Assembly (NCBI GenBank): GCA_050250375.1
Contig: JBFWOS010000003.1
Location: 209,284 to 273,283 of the forward strand
Direction: 5' to 3'
DNA length: 64,000 nucleotides
Source of the DNA: Candidatus Omnitrophota bacterium
GTDB lineage: Bacteria > Omnitrophota > Gorgyraeia > Zapsychrales > Zapsychraceae
Each line of letters starts with the position of its first letter. Within the stretch, counting starts at the first letter, position 1. Below the pieces are notes generated by a model. The model was not told where the DNA came from, did no database searches, and worked only from the letters and a program-made list of their open reading frames with translations. This document shows, one piece after another, positions 20,499 through 29,499 of the stretch. Position numbers and translations under genes: made by a program.

Positions 20499-21659
20499 TT
20501 ATTGTTGCCTGGCCATTTGTACCATTTGGTCAATATTACTTTTTGTAAAAATCTTCTCTCCGGGTTTGGAAACAGCCCTCTGGTTAACAAATTCCAACAC
20601 CGCCGTTGTCCCGGCCTCTAACCCGCCGATATAATTCGGCTCAAGAAAAGGTATTATATCATCTGATTTATCTTTAGCCACTAAAATTGCCCGGTCAGCT
20701 CCGACCGCCTCAAACGCCTCTCTATCATTCCCGGATAAGCGCCCGTCATCACCTATATAGATCAAATCCAGATCAACCCGTTTTTTTCTTGACCCTTTAC
20801 AGTTTAACCCATTCTCTCGGTAATCCAATACCTCTTTAACGCGACCGTCTTGGCTAAAATATATCAAATTCGCCCCGCCATTGGCGGCTATTAGTAGCCG
20901 ATTCATAACCTTTTGAGGGATAAAATTCTGAACCCTGGAAACCGTACGGTCCAGATGGTTTCCTGAAATGATCACATATACGCCCCCTAACTCCAGATAT
21001 TTCAGCAAATGTTTATACGCCCGGCTTGTCCCTAAACCCGGCGCTTTATTCAAACGGGGACTATCAAACGTAGTCCCATCCCCATCGGCTGTAATCAATG
21101 TGCTGGTCTTTGACGAATCGATTCTTGACCCCGGAGTATATTGAATCATAGCAAGCACTTCCGGCCAGTTATAAAAAAAATATTGGATCGGTAAGGCTTT
21201 ATCGACTCCCTTGCGGTTAATTTCAAATGAAGCGTTGCCTGATAATCGAATATAATACTTTTTTTCGTCGTAATCTTTGTGTTCTTGGATTTGCTCTAAA
21301 ACATTATCCCGGAAAACTCCAAAAACACCTCGAACAGCAATCTGGGCCGAACCACGGACCCCTTTTACTTTTCGGACTTCAATACGGACCGGATGCCCCA
21401 CCGCTTCTGAAACATTCTTCCCATATTTAACTAGGTTATTATCACTATAAGTATCCGGACTTAATTCAAATTGCCTGGCTTTGTCAATGATCGAAGGCTC
21501 AACTTTATATAAATTAATAAGTGGATTGTTCCCTTTGGAAAAATAAGACGGCTTATTTGGATCATTCAGAAATGTTAAGAATTCCCTCACATGCTGACCG
21601 CAAAGACGAACCAACGCTTTGGTGTCTGTTTCACTGATAAATGTTGAGTTTTTTGTCAA
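20499..21659 (-). CDS. Hypothetical protein with a C-terminal HAD-IIB-like phosphatase domain and an uncharacterised ~180-aa N-terminal domain
   Basis: 386 aa with HAD motif I-like ITADGDGTT and motif IV-like IGDDGRLSGND. The N-terminal half has no recognisable motif. Confidence 0.45.
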   Translation of the reverse strand: MTKNSTFISETDTKALVRLCGQHVREFLTFLNDPNKPSYFSKGNNPLINLYKVEPSIIDKARQFELSPDTYSDNNLVKYGKNVSEAVGHPVRIEVRKVKGVRGSAQIAVRGVFGVFRDNVLEQIQEHKDYDEKKYYIRLSGNASFEINRKGVDKALPIQYFFYNWPEVLAMIQYTPGSRIDSSKTSTLITADGDGTTFDSPRLNKAPGLGTSRAYKHLLKYLELGGVYVIISGNHLDRTVSRVQNFIPQKVMNRLLIAANGGANLIYFSQDGRVKEVLDYRENGLNCKGSRKKRVDLDLIYIGDDGRLSGNDREAFEAVGADRAILVAKDKSDDIIPFLEPNYIGGLEAGTTAVLEFVNQRAVSKPGEKIFTKSNIDQMVQMARQQ

Positions 21660-21907
21660 TTTAAGAATCTCAAATTATATTCAAAAAGTTATTTTTTGAT
21701 AGTGATAGTAACAGTTCGGAAAGACTATGTCAATATTTATTATAACCTCTTAACCAATTGATATAATTATATTTATGAATATTTTTAAGATAATTTAGTC
21801 ATAGACATTTCTTTTAAAATGGCTATAATAAAACCAGTCAAGATTACAAAAACACAAAAAATCTTTGACCAAACTTTTAAATTCTACAGAAAAATACGTA
21901 ATTTAAT

Positions 21908-22855
21908 ATGAGCCTTTCGATTCAGCAAGCCAGCCAACTCATGAAATCGGCCAATGATAATCTATCATTGGTGATCCACGGCAAAGAAAATAAAATTGAA
22001 TTAGTCATTCTGGCACTTATCGCTTCTGGTCACATCCTGATAGAAGATATCCCCGGCATCGGGAAAACCACCTTGGCCCGTGTGCTTGCAAAAACGATTG
22101 ACGGCTCATTTCACCGCATCCAGTTTACTCCTGATTTACTTCCTACAGATATAACCGGCATCAATATCTTTAACCAATCGGATAATAGTTTTTCGTTTAA
22201 ACCCGGCCCTCTTTTTGCCAATATTGTCCTGGCCGATGAAATCAACCGGGCATCACCGAGAACTCAATCCGCCCTGCTGGAAGCAATGAGCGAACAGCAA
22301 GTGACGATTGACGGGACAAGCCATTCCCTGCCTAGTCCATTCATCGTTCTGGCCACTCAAAATCCGGTCGAATACCACGGCACTTACCCGTTGCCCGAGG
22401 CACAACTGGATCGTTTCATGCTGCAGATTGATTTAGGCTACCCTCCTAAAGAAAAAGAGCAAAGGTTAATTATTAACCGGACAACGACTGACCCGGTTGA
22501 AGATATTTCCCCGGTTCTTAATCTTAACGACCTGACCCAACTTCGGACCATCGTCGACCAAGTCTCCATTGAAGAATCTGTTAGCGCTTACATATTGGAT
22601 CTCATTGAAGAAACCCGTCATCATCCCCAAATTAGACTGGGAGTTTCAACCCGGGGCACATTGTTATACGCCCGGATGGTCCGTGCCCGGGCCATTTATT
22701 ATGAACGTGATTTCGTTTTGCCCGAAGATGTAAAAATGCTGGCGGTCCACGTTTTAGCCCACCGGATCTTACTGGACACCAAGGCGCAATACAGCGGTAT
22801 TTCCCGGGAAAAGATTATCACAGACATCGTTTCCTCGGTTAAGGTGCCAAGATAG
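21908..22855 (+). CDS. MoxR-family AAA+ ATPase
   Basis: 315 aa with Walker A GIPGIGKTT, sensor motifs and the MoxR-specific C-terminal domain. Confidence 0.9.
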   Translation: MSLSIQQASQLMKSANDNLSLVIHGKENKIELVILALIASGHILIEDIPGIGKTTLARVLAKTIDGSFHRIQFTPDLLPTDITGINIFNQSDNSFSFKPGPLFANIVLADEINRASPRTQSALLEAMSEQQVTIDGTSHSLPSPFIVLATQNPVEYHGTYPLPEAQLDRFMLQIDLGYPPKEKEQRLIINRTTTDPVEDISPVLNLNDLTQLRTIVDQVSIEESVSAYILDLIEETRHHPQIRLGVSTRGTLLYARMVRARAIYYERDFVLPEDVKMLAVHVLAHRILLDTKAQYSGISREKIITDIVSSVKVPR

Positions 22856-24099
22856 TGCCGAAATTACGCTGGTCGTTCTTTTTACCGGCCCGTGATCATT
22901 CTTTTATCAAAATATTTACATTATTAAGTTACTCATGGCTGACTCCTTACGGCATGATCCTGACCACGACCCTCTTTATCAGCATCGGGATTGCTTCTCC
23001 GGGATTACATATTTCGGCGTATCTCTTCACGAGTATTCTTCTGGCCTTCATGCTTTCCGCCATCTTATTTTCCGTATTTTTTATACCTGAAGTTACGGTC
23101 TCTCGGAAATTATTATCAATCCCCCATACAGGTGATTATTTAATTTATGAAGCCATCATCAAAAATATTTCCGGAAAACCATTAAAAGGACTGTCCGTCA
23201 CCGAAGGTTATCTTCCCTACGGGCTTTATTATTCGTTTGACCATCCGAAATTTAATAATTATGTTTCGTATCTCGAACCCGGGAAATCAGCAACGGTCAC
23301 GCTTGTTATGTATTGCGCCCAACGCGGAATCTATACACTTCCCCGTCTATTAATCGGAAGTTCTTACCCTTCCAACATCATCCGCTGGCCAATTAAATGC
23401 GGGATCAAAGAGCCTCTGGTCGTCTTTCCATTTTATATTTCACAAACACAATTTGATATTCCCCTCAACAGCATCTACCAGCCGGGCGGGATCACGATCA
23501 CCTCGACACTGGGTGAATCAAATGAATTTCTCAGCACACGCGAATACCGGCATGGCGACCGGCTCAAAGACATTCACTGGCCCAGTTATGCCCGCACAGG
23601 AAAACTGATTGTCAAAGAATACATTAACGAATATTACACGCGGACAGCCATTTTTATCGACACTCAGTTTGCCCCCAAAGATAAACCAATCAATCTGGAA
23701 CAACGGATCTCTTATGCGGCTGGTATTGCCGATGCGTTGTCAAACCGAGGGTATCTGATAGACCTTTTGATGGCCGGGGAGAACCTTTATGAATTCAAAA
23801 AAGGCAATCCCGCGACTTATCTCGATCAAATATTAAATATCTTATCTTCTCTGGAAGGACTTAAAACAACCGACTTTAAAACGGTCGAAGCAAAATTAAT
23901 GAACCAGGCATCTACCCTGTCTTCGTTGGTCATGATCCTTCGTGACTGGGATGAACCCCGGGCCAGGCTGTGCCGCACACTCAAAAGAATAGGACTCAAT
24001 TTGCGTATTATTATTGCCCGGGATGCCCCGTTAAGAGAAATTCCAGATCTAGACGTAACACTTGTTCCAACCAATGATAAAAAACATTTAATCCCATGA
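22855..24099 (+). CDS. DUF58-domain protein (MoxR-associated, VWA-like) with N-terminal TM helices
   Basis: 414 aa with the DUF58 core (EYRHGDRLKDIHWPSYARTGKLIVKEY). It overlaps the moxR stop. Confidence 0.75.
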   Translation: MPKLRWSFFLPARDHSFIKIFTLLSYSWLTPYGMILTTTLFISIGIASPGLHISAYLFTSILLAFMLSAILFSVFFIPEVTVSRKLLSIPHTGDYLIYEAIIKNISGKPLKGLSVTEGYLPYGLYYSFDHPKFNNYVSYLEPGKSATVTLVMYCAQRGIYTLPRLLIGSSYPSNIIRWPIKCGIKEPLVVFPFYISQTQFDIPLNSIYQPGGITITSTLGESNEFLSTREYRHGDRLKDIHWPSYARTGKLIVKEYINEYYTRTAIFIDTQFAPKDKPINLEQRISYAAGIADALSNRGYLIDLLMAGENLYEFKKGNPATYLDQILNILSSLEGLKTTDFKTVEAKLMNQASTLSSLVMILRDWDEPRARLCRTLKRIGLNLRIIIARDAPLREIPDLDVTLVPTNDKKHLIP

Positions 24100-26099
24100 T
24101 GACAAGCCAAATAAAATCAACTAAAGAATTAATCGGCCTGTATTTCACCCTTTTGTCTTCATGGACCGTCTATGCAACCTGCCAGGGGGATACCATCCTT
24201 CCTGTGATCGGCTTCCTGTTAATTTCAGTATCCCTCCTTAAGAAAATGCTGAAATCGGAAAACAAAAAAAAAGAAAACCTGAAGAAAATATCGTGGGCCA
24301 CCATCTTGAGTTTATCCCTTCTTTTAAGTTGGGCCTGGATCACCCTTTATCCCCGGAATTACCCGTCGGATTTTATCCAGTCCTACGCAATATTTATTCT
24401 CCAAACAGGCTCAATTTTCTTATCGATTTTTTTATGGTTTAACTCATTCTACATCTATCAGGCCTTCTTCTTAAGACTGCTGGCCTGGCTGACCGTTGCA
24501 TTATCGGTAAATATTTCCTTTTCGCCTGTTTCATTAGCGGCTTTCTGTTGCTTTTGTTTGCTGAATATCGGATTCATCGTTCTACAACAAAACCATCATA
24601 AAAAAGAAACCCACCCAAAACCAGACCGCTTTCCTGCCTTCAAACATTTTTTTATCATTTGTACTTTTAGCCTGATTACCATCTGTCTATTCAGCTTTTT
24701 TGTTACGGTTTTCAAAGTCGGTGATGCCGTCTATACACGATTTATCCGGGATTATACGATAATGCCGAGCCGTCATCCCTTCTTCAGTTTTAACCCTGTA
24801 TTGGATATCAAAGGGCCGGGATATAGCGGAGGAGATGTTCGCCCTGTCCTTGAAATCGAAAAAGAAAATTCACAGCCGATATATCTCATAACACAAATTT
24901 TTGATCAGTATCAGGATGGTCGTTGGTTGGTTGCCGATACCGGATTACGCAATCCCATCACCGATCAGATTGATCCCCCCAAAAACAGCTTAAAACTCAA
25001 GATGCTTATTCAACTCAAGGATGTCATACCGGCCCCCCAAGGGACAGACGCGGTGGCCGGTTATAATGGCCCCTATGAACATGACTCCAACGGCATCATA
25101 TACAGCGTCCATAAAGATATTCACCAGGTCGAACTAACGACAAACTCCCTCGTAAATTTCCAAGAAAATAAACCGATTGATTGGGTCCAACTCACCCGGC
25201 TGGATCAGACTTTTAAATCCAGGCTCAAACCGTTCTTGGATAAAATTTCTGACAACAGCGCCGATCCTTGGGTCATTAGTCAAAAATTGCAGAATCATTT
25301 CCAATCAAATTACAACTATTCGTTAAATGTCAACTTCCGGGCCGATGATGACGGTATCATTTATCTGCTGGACCATCAGCCTGCGGCGTATTGTTCCTTT
25401 TTTGCTTCAACGATGTCTGTCTTGCTTCGTTCGGCGGATATCCCCTCCCGGCTGGTTGTCGGATTTCTTGCGACGGAAACGACCGGCAGGAAAAATGACA
25501 GGTTCTTGGTGCGGGTGCGTGACGCCCACGCCTGGGTTGAAGCTTATTTACCGGTTGAAGGAAAACCCGAACGAAGGCAGTGGGTCAGGTTTGATCCAAC
25601 GCCGCATGACGCACGGCTTTTTACACTCAACAATGGCCGGCCCATCAATATCATCGCCGACTATATATGGCTTTCCATGGTTCGTCTTCGGTCAGACTTT
25701 GAAAATCTGGAAAGCGAGAAACTCCTCTTCCGGTTAGTGATGATCTTAATTTTACTAATAGGCATTCGAAATTTCTCAACAATCGCATCTTTTATAAGGT
25801 CTCTAAAAAATCCCGGACAAATAAAATATAAATTAAAAAAGAAAAACACCTTATCGGAACACCTGCACACCTACAGAGAGTTTGAACGCTTTATAAAACA
25901 GCGGTTCAAAACACAACAGAGATTTAATGAAACCTTAACAGAATTAATCCTACGTCTTTATAAAAATTTCCCGGATAAAAAAGAATACATAAAAAAAATC
26001 GAGCAATTCATTAAACGATATCAGGATTCCCGGTTTGGAAAAAACGAAGAACCATTTCTTAGGCATCAAATGGCGGAATTAAAAAAGTCTTGTTTGTGA
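24096..26099 (+). CDS. Transglutaminase-like domain membrane protein (DUF3488/TGase family)
   Basis: 667 aa with multiple N-terminal TM helices and a TGase Cys-His-Asp core (…AAYCSFFASTM… DAHAWVEAYL … FDPT). There is a 4-nt overlap with the DUF58 gene. Confidence 0.75.
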   Translation: MMTSQIKSTKELIGLYFTLLSSWTVYATCQGDTILPVIGFLLISVSLLKKMLKSENKKKENLKKISWATILSLSLLLSWAWITLYPRNYPSDFIQSYAIFILQTGSIFLSIFLWFNSFYIYQAFFLRLLAWLTVALSVNISFSPVSLAAFCCFCLLNIGFIVLQQNHHKKETHPKPDRFPAFKHFFIICTFSLITICLFSFFVTVFKVGDAVYTRFIRDYTIMPSRHPFFSFNPVLDIKGPGYSGGDVRPVLEIEKENSQPIYLITQIFDQYQDGRWLVADTGLRNPITDQIDPPKNSLKLKMLIQLKDVIPAPQGTDAVAGYNGPYEHDSNGIIYSVHKDIHQVELTTNSLVNFQENKPIDWVQLTRLDQTFKSRLKPFLDKISDNSADPWVISQKLQNHFQSNYNYSLNVNFRADDDGIIYLLDHQPAAYCSFFASTMSVLLRSADIPSRLVVGFLATETTGRKNDRFLVRVRDAHAWVEAYLPVEGKPERRQWVRFDPTPHDARLFTLNNGRPINIIADYIWLSMVRLRSDFENLESEKLLFRLVMILILLIGIRNFSTIASFIRSLKNPGQIKYKLKKKNTLSEHLHTYREFERFIKQRFKTQQRFNETLTELILRLYKNFPDKKEYIKKIEQFIKRYQDSRFGKNEEPFLRHQMAELKKSCL

Positions 26100-26131
26100 T
26101 ATATATGTCTACCGGATTACAGGCAGGATGA

Positions 26132-26587
26132 TTAAAGAAATTCCAAATGTATTTCGATCAAACCCTTCTTAGGCGAGGCAATCTGGGAGAATGCCGCTTC
26201 TGTGAGGTCAATGATCCGGCCTTGTTGTACAAATCGCCGGTGAGGCCCCCGGTCGTTAACCCGGACGACAACCGACTTGCCATTCGCCTTATTCGTCACT
26301 TTGATGTGCTGATTGAACGCTACGCCCCACATGGCGCACGTCATGGCCTGATCGTCAAAGATTTCGTTATTGGCGGTATGTTTCCGGATACCCGGAGACC
26401 TACTGGAATACCAGGAGGCGACTCCATTAAATACATACCGTTTAGGAATGATGGATGCCTGATAAACCGTCGATAAGCTGGCATCCAGGCGTGACTGCAG
26501 AAAAAAACCGATGATGCTGACGATAAAACCTATGAATAAATATGGACGAACGTATCGCATCCTTGCCTCTCCCTTTGATTGCCACAA
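26132..26587 (-). CDS. RlpA-like double-psi beta-barrel (DPBB) protein
   Basis: 151 aa with an N-terminal TM/signal and a DPBB block (GVASWYSS…VVVRVNDRGP…IIDLTEAAFSQI). Confidence 0.6.
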   Translation of the reverse strand: MWQSKGEARMRYVRPYLFIGFIVSIIGFFLQSRLDASLSTVYQASIIPKRYVFNGVASWYSSRSPGIRKHTANNEIFDDQAMTCAMWGVAFNQHIKVTNKANGKSVVVRVNDRGPHRRFVQQGRIIDLTEAAFSQIASPKKGLIEIHLEFL

Positions 26588-26726
26588 TATATCACAGGGA
26601 TAAACACTACAACAAGGAAGTTCTGCGTATCACCACAGTTATAAGATCATAAATTTCAAGTTGTTATAATTTTCTGAAAAATTTTTCCATTTTTCACGAT
26701 AATTCTGATCTTTAATTTAGAGATCA

Positions 26727-27380
26727 TTACTTTTTCTTCGAATCCTCATCAACCAACTTTACCAATGTCCTGGCCCAGGCCTTTATAACAGATCGTGTAT
26801 GCCCCCATTTAGACAGCCCTTTAATGTATTTTGCGCGATTACCTTTCTTTGCGTCCAGGACCGACAGGATGCTTTCTCCGGTAACCGAGTCAACAAATTC
26901 AGCTTCAAAATCCGCGCCGCCTAATCCCGGGCCCAGCAACGTTGTTGACCAATGAAGGTTTAAATAAATTTTGTTCGGTTTAACATCCGTGATTGCCGTA
27001 CGTAAAACCAAAGTGTCTTTTCCCGCCTGGTCAACAACCTGATACTTCTCTGAGAAAATCTCCTTCAAATGAGATTCATAATATTCGACCAACTGCCTGA
27101 GTTCTTCTTCCTTTATATCATCGCCATGTGCGTCCACATGGAAATGAATCTCAACCGGATCAATCTTAAATTTTGAGTAATCCGTAATCTTCTTATCGGG
27201 GTTCTTGCTGACATAAATCCCTTTAAAAAAATCGACCTCTTCAATATTAGAATAATCGTCCAGAAAACCGGATGGCGTGGGCTTGCTGGCGCACCCGGCC
27301 AACAAGACCAACACAGATAATAAAAACAATTCACGACTTGCCCGATAAATAGATCGAATCATATAACAATCCTTTTTCAA
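26727..27380 (-). CDS. Hypothetical lipoprotein
   Basis: 217 aa with lipobox LLAGCAS. It is the last gene of a three-gene minus-strand operon with 27413-28915 and 28915-29352. Confidence 0.4.
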   Translation of the reverse strand: MKKDCYMIRSIYRASRELFLLSVLVLLAGCASKPTPSGFLDDYSNIEEVDFFKGIYVSKNPDKKITDYSKFKIDPVEIHFHVDAHGDDIKEEELRQLVEYYESHLKEIFSEKYQVVDQAGKDTLVLRTAITDVKPNKIYLNLHWSTTLLGPGLGGADFEAEFVDSVTGESILSVLDAKKGNRAKYIKGLSKWGHTRSVIKAWARTLVKLVDEDSKKK

Positions 27381-27412
27381 ATATATTTAAATTAATTGGG
27401 GGGAGTTTATAG

Positions 27413-28915
27413 TCAGGCAAGCCCTGTTTCCATCAAGGTTTTTTCTTTGGTTTCCAACACTTTCTTTAAGTCATCAATCGTAAACCGGCCGCTGACTTTC
27501 TGAACCTGTTCCTGGATAAATTTTAATAAATGTTCATCATCAATAACCATTTCACCTGAAGGTTGAACAGACTTGTTACGAAACTGCCCTTCGTATTCCA
27601 GAATTAACGTAATATCACTGCTTGTAAATTTACGCTTAATCTCCTCAGGCAAATGCTGAAAAGTAACTGATGAAATAACCTGGATGTCCTGCTCGTCATG
27701 TTCATCACCGCGGGACTTTTTGGACCTGGACCGTTGAGTAAGCAAAACGAGCAATAATACGATGCATAAACCCATCGCCAAGAAATCCCTATAGGTTAGG
27801 GCTAATACAAACTCCATAAAAGTCAGGTCTTTTATTTTGGGCTGTGGTATCGCAGCAATCTTCTTTCGCAATTCTTCTTCAGACAGGGCTTTAATTTCCT
27901 TAGCAGGCTTAGGTTCCGTGGTGATTTCCGGCTGATGTTCTTTTAAAACGGCTAAATCTTCCTGATCGTTCAGGTCTGCGGAAGGCTCCGGGATTTCCAT
28001 TTTCTCAATCAAACCATTGGTACCTTCGATGACTTTAAAATCATTTTTATTAGTTGATACCTCCACACGCCGTTGAACAGCTTCATGCATTAAAGAATCA
28101 ATCTGACTTTGAGGAATTTCGCGGTTAAATGTTGTGACTTTACTTCTCTCGAGTTGTCTGTTTCTCTGGGTAGCGGCAGATAGTTCATATTCTTGCTGCA
28201 CCGATTTCCCTTCTTTGATCACGCCCTCTAAAATATTAATCTCTTTCATCGCGTCCTCAATCAACGCCCTGGCCTTGAGTTGAGCCGCCAGTTTAACCTG
28301 ATTAGGAGCTTCTTCAACGGTTCCGATCATGGCCTGCTCAATTAAGGCGGTCGCCTTTTCCTGGGCGGCTTTTTTCACATCATCCGGCACGCCATTCGCC
28401 GATCCAACGGCTGTTGTCCGTACCGTTTCTTCCAATAAACTATTGGCGATCTGCCGGGCAGCGTCTTTGACATTTTCAGGAGTTTCATTCAGAGAGGACA
28501 TGGCCTGGGTCAATAAATCAGTGGCCTTTCGTTCCGCAATATTTTTAACATTTTCAGGGGCTTCATCAATTGAGGGGATAACAACATTGCGCATGGCCTG
28601 CTCAAGCAAAGACACGGCCATTTGTTTAGCCGCCTGCTGAATATGTGGCGGAACGTCTTCCAGGCTGGTCGATACGTAATTCAGGACTTCCTTTGTCGGG
28701 ACATAACTCTCGCCGTCCTCAACGATTTTTACAACGTTTTCAACGAGAAATTCCCGGTCCGGGTCACCCAGAAACCTTGTTTCCAGCCGGATATAAATCG
28801 GAGTCCGATGAACTATCTTGCCGGTTATTACACGTCCGGATTTTAAATAAATCGTTTCAGCCGAAGCGCTGGAACCGGCCAAGACCATCATAATTATAAA
28901 TACTATCTTCTTCAC
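27413..28915 (-). CDS. Tandem-repeat membrane-anchored protein (hypothetical)
   Basis: 500 aa. It has a signal peptide, then five ~30-aa tandem repeats with consensus (A/V)P(E/D)xVKxAAxxxAxxL(L/I)EQAM, a TM helix (FLAMGLCIVLLLVLLTQ) followed by a basic stretch, and a ~100-aa C-terminal domain. Confidence 0.5.
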   Translation of the reverse strand: MKKIVFIIMMVLAGSSASAETIYLKSGRVITGKIVHRTPIYIRLETRFLGDPDREFLVENVVKIVEDGESYVPTKEVLNYVSTSLEDVPPHIQQAAKQMAVSLLEQAMRNVVIPSIDEAPENVKNIAERKATDLLTQAMSSLNETPENVKDAARQIANSLLEETVRTTAVGSANGVPDDVKKAAQEKATALIEQAMIGTVEEAPNQVKLAAQLKARALIEDAMKEINILEGVIKEGKSVQQEYELSAATQRNRQLERSKVTTFNREIPQSQIDSLMHEAVQRRVEVSTNKNDFKVIEGTNGLIEKMEIPEPSADLNDQEDLAVLKEHQPEITTEPKPAKEIKALSEEELRKKIAAIPQPKIKDLTFMEFVLALTYRDFLAMGLCIVLLLVLLTQRSRSKKSRGDEHDEQDIQVISSVTFQHLPEEIKRKFTSSDITLILEYEGQFRNKSVQPSGEMVIDDEHLLKFIQEQVQKVSGRFTIDDLKKVLETKEKTLMETGLA

Positions 28916-29352
28916 TAATATCCGCTCCCGCTGGATTTCTTTATTTCTTTTTGATCACTTGCGTTAGAAGGCACCGGTTGTTCAGCCGTTGTTTTTTTAT
29001 CTTCCTTTTTAGGCACTTGCAGCGTCGACTCACTGGAACCGCCCTCTTTACTAAAGGCCTTGACCTTGATGAAATCGCCTTCTTTCGCCGGTACTGATAC
29101 GTTGTCAGAAAACATCAGTGTATTCAATTGGATAGTGTAGTGTTTAACAACAGGTTCTTGGCCATTGACTGAAATTTCAAGCTTTCGGATATAATCTTCC
29201 CTCGGATCATGCGTTGTATGCCGCATTTTGACCAAAAATATTTGTTTCTCCAAATCATATGATAATTCCAAATCACTCGGAGGGTGGGAATAACCTGCGT
29301 TTGGGACCAAGATCACCCAGGCGATAAACAAAATGGAATAAATTTTTTTCAT
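28915..29352 (-). CDS. Small secreted protein (hypothetical). The predicted mature N-terminus begins His-Pro.
   Basis: 145 aa with signal peptide MKKIYSILFIAWVILVPNAGYS followed by HPPSD. The C-terminus is Lys/Ser-rich. The stop overlaps the start of the repeat-protein gene. Confidence 0.35.
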   Translation of the reverse strand: MKKIYSILFIAWVILVPNAGYSHPPSDLELSYDLEKQIFLVKMRHTTHDPREDYIRKLEISVNGQEPVVKHYTIQLNTLMFSDNVSVPAKEGDFIKVKAFSKEGGSSESTLQVPKKEDKKTTAEQPVPSNASDQKEIKKSSGSGY

Positions 29353-29499
29353 AACTATCTCCTGTACAAATATTTACCCTGTCAGTCAAACGGCTGCAGG
29401 GCCGATCATAAAAACATTATAAATATAATTATTAGTAAAACCCAGTTGTTTTTAAAAAAATTACATGCCCTGATGAGTTAAGAATGGATAAAGAAACTG

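Noticed and set aside
22855-24099. DUF58 protein as a possible von Willebrand A (BatA/BatB-like) aerotolerance operon member
   Set aside because: No BatB-E-like TPR/VWA genes follow. The partner is a transglutaminase membrane protein, so I called it the MoxR-DUF58-TGase triad instead.
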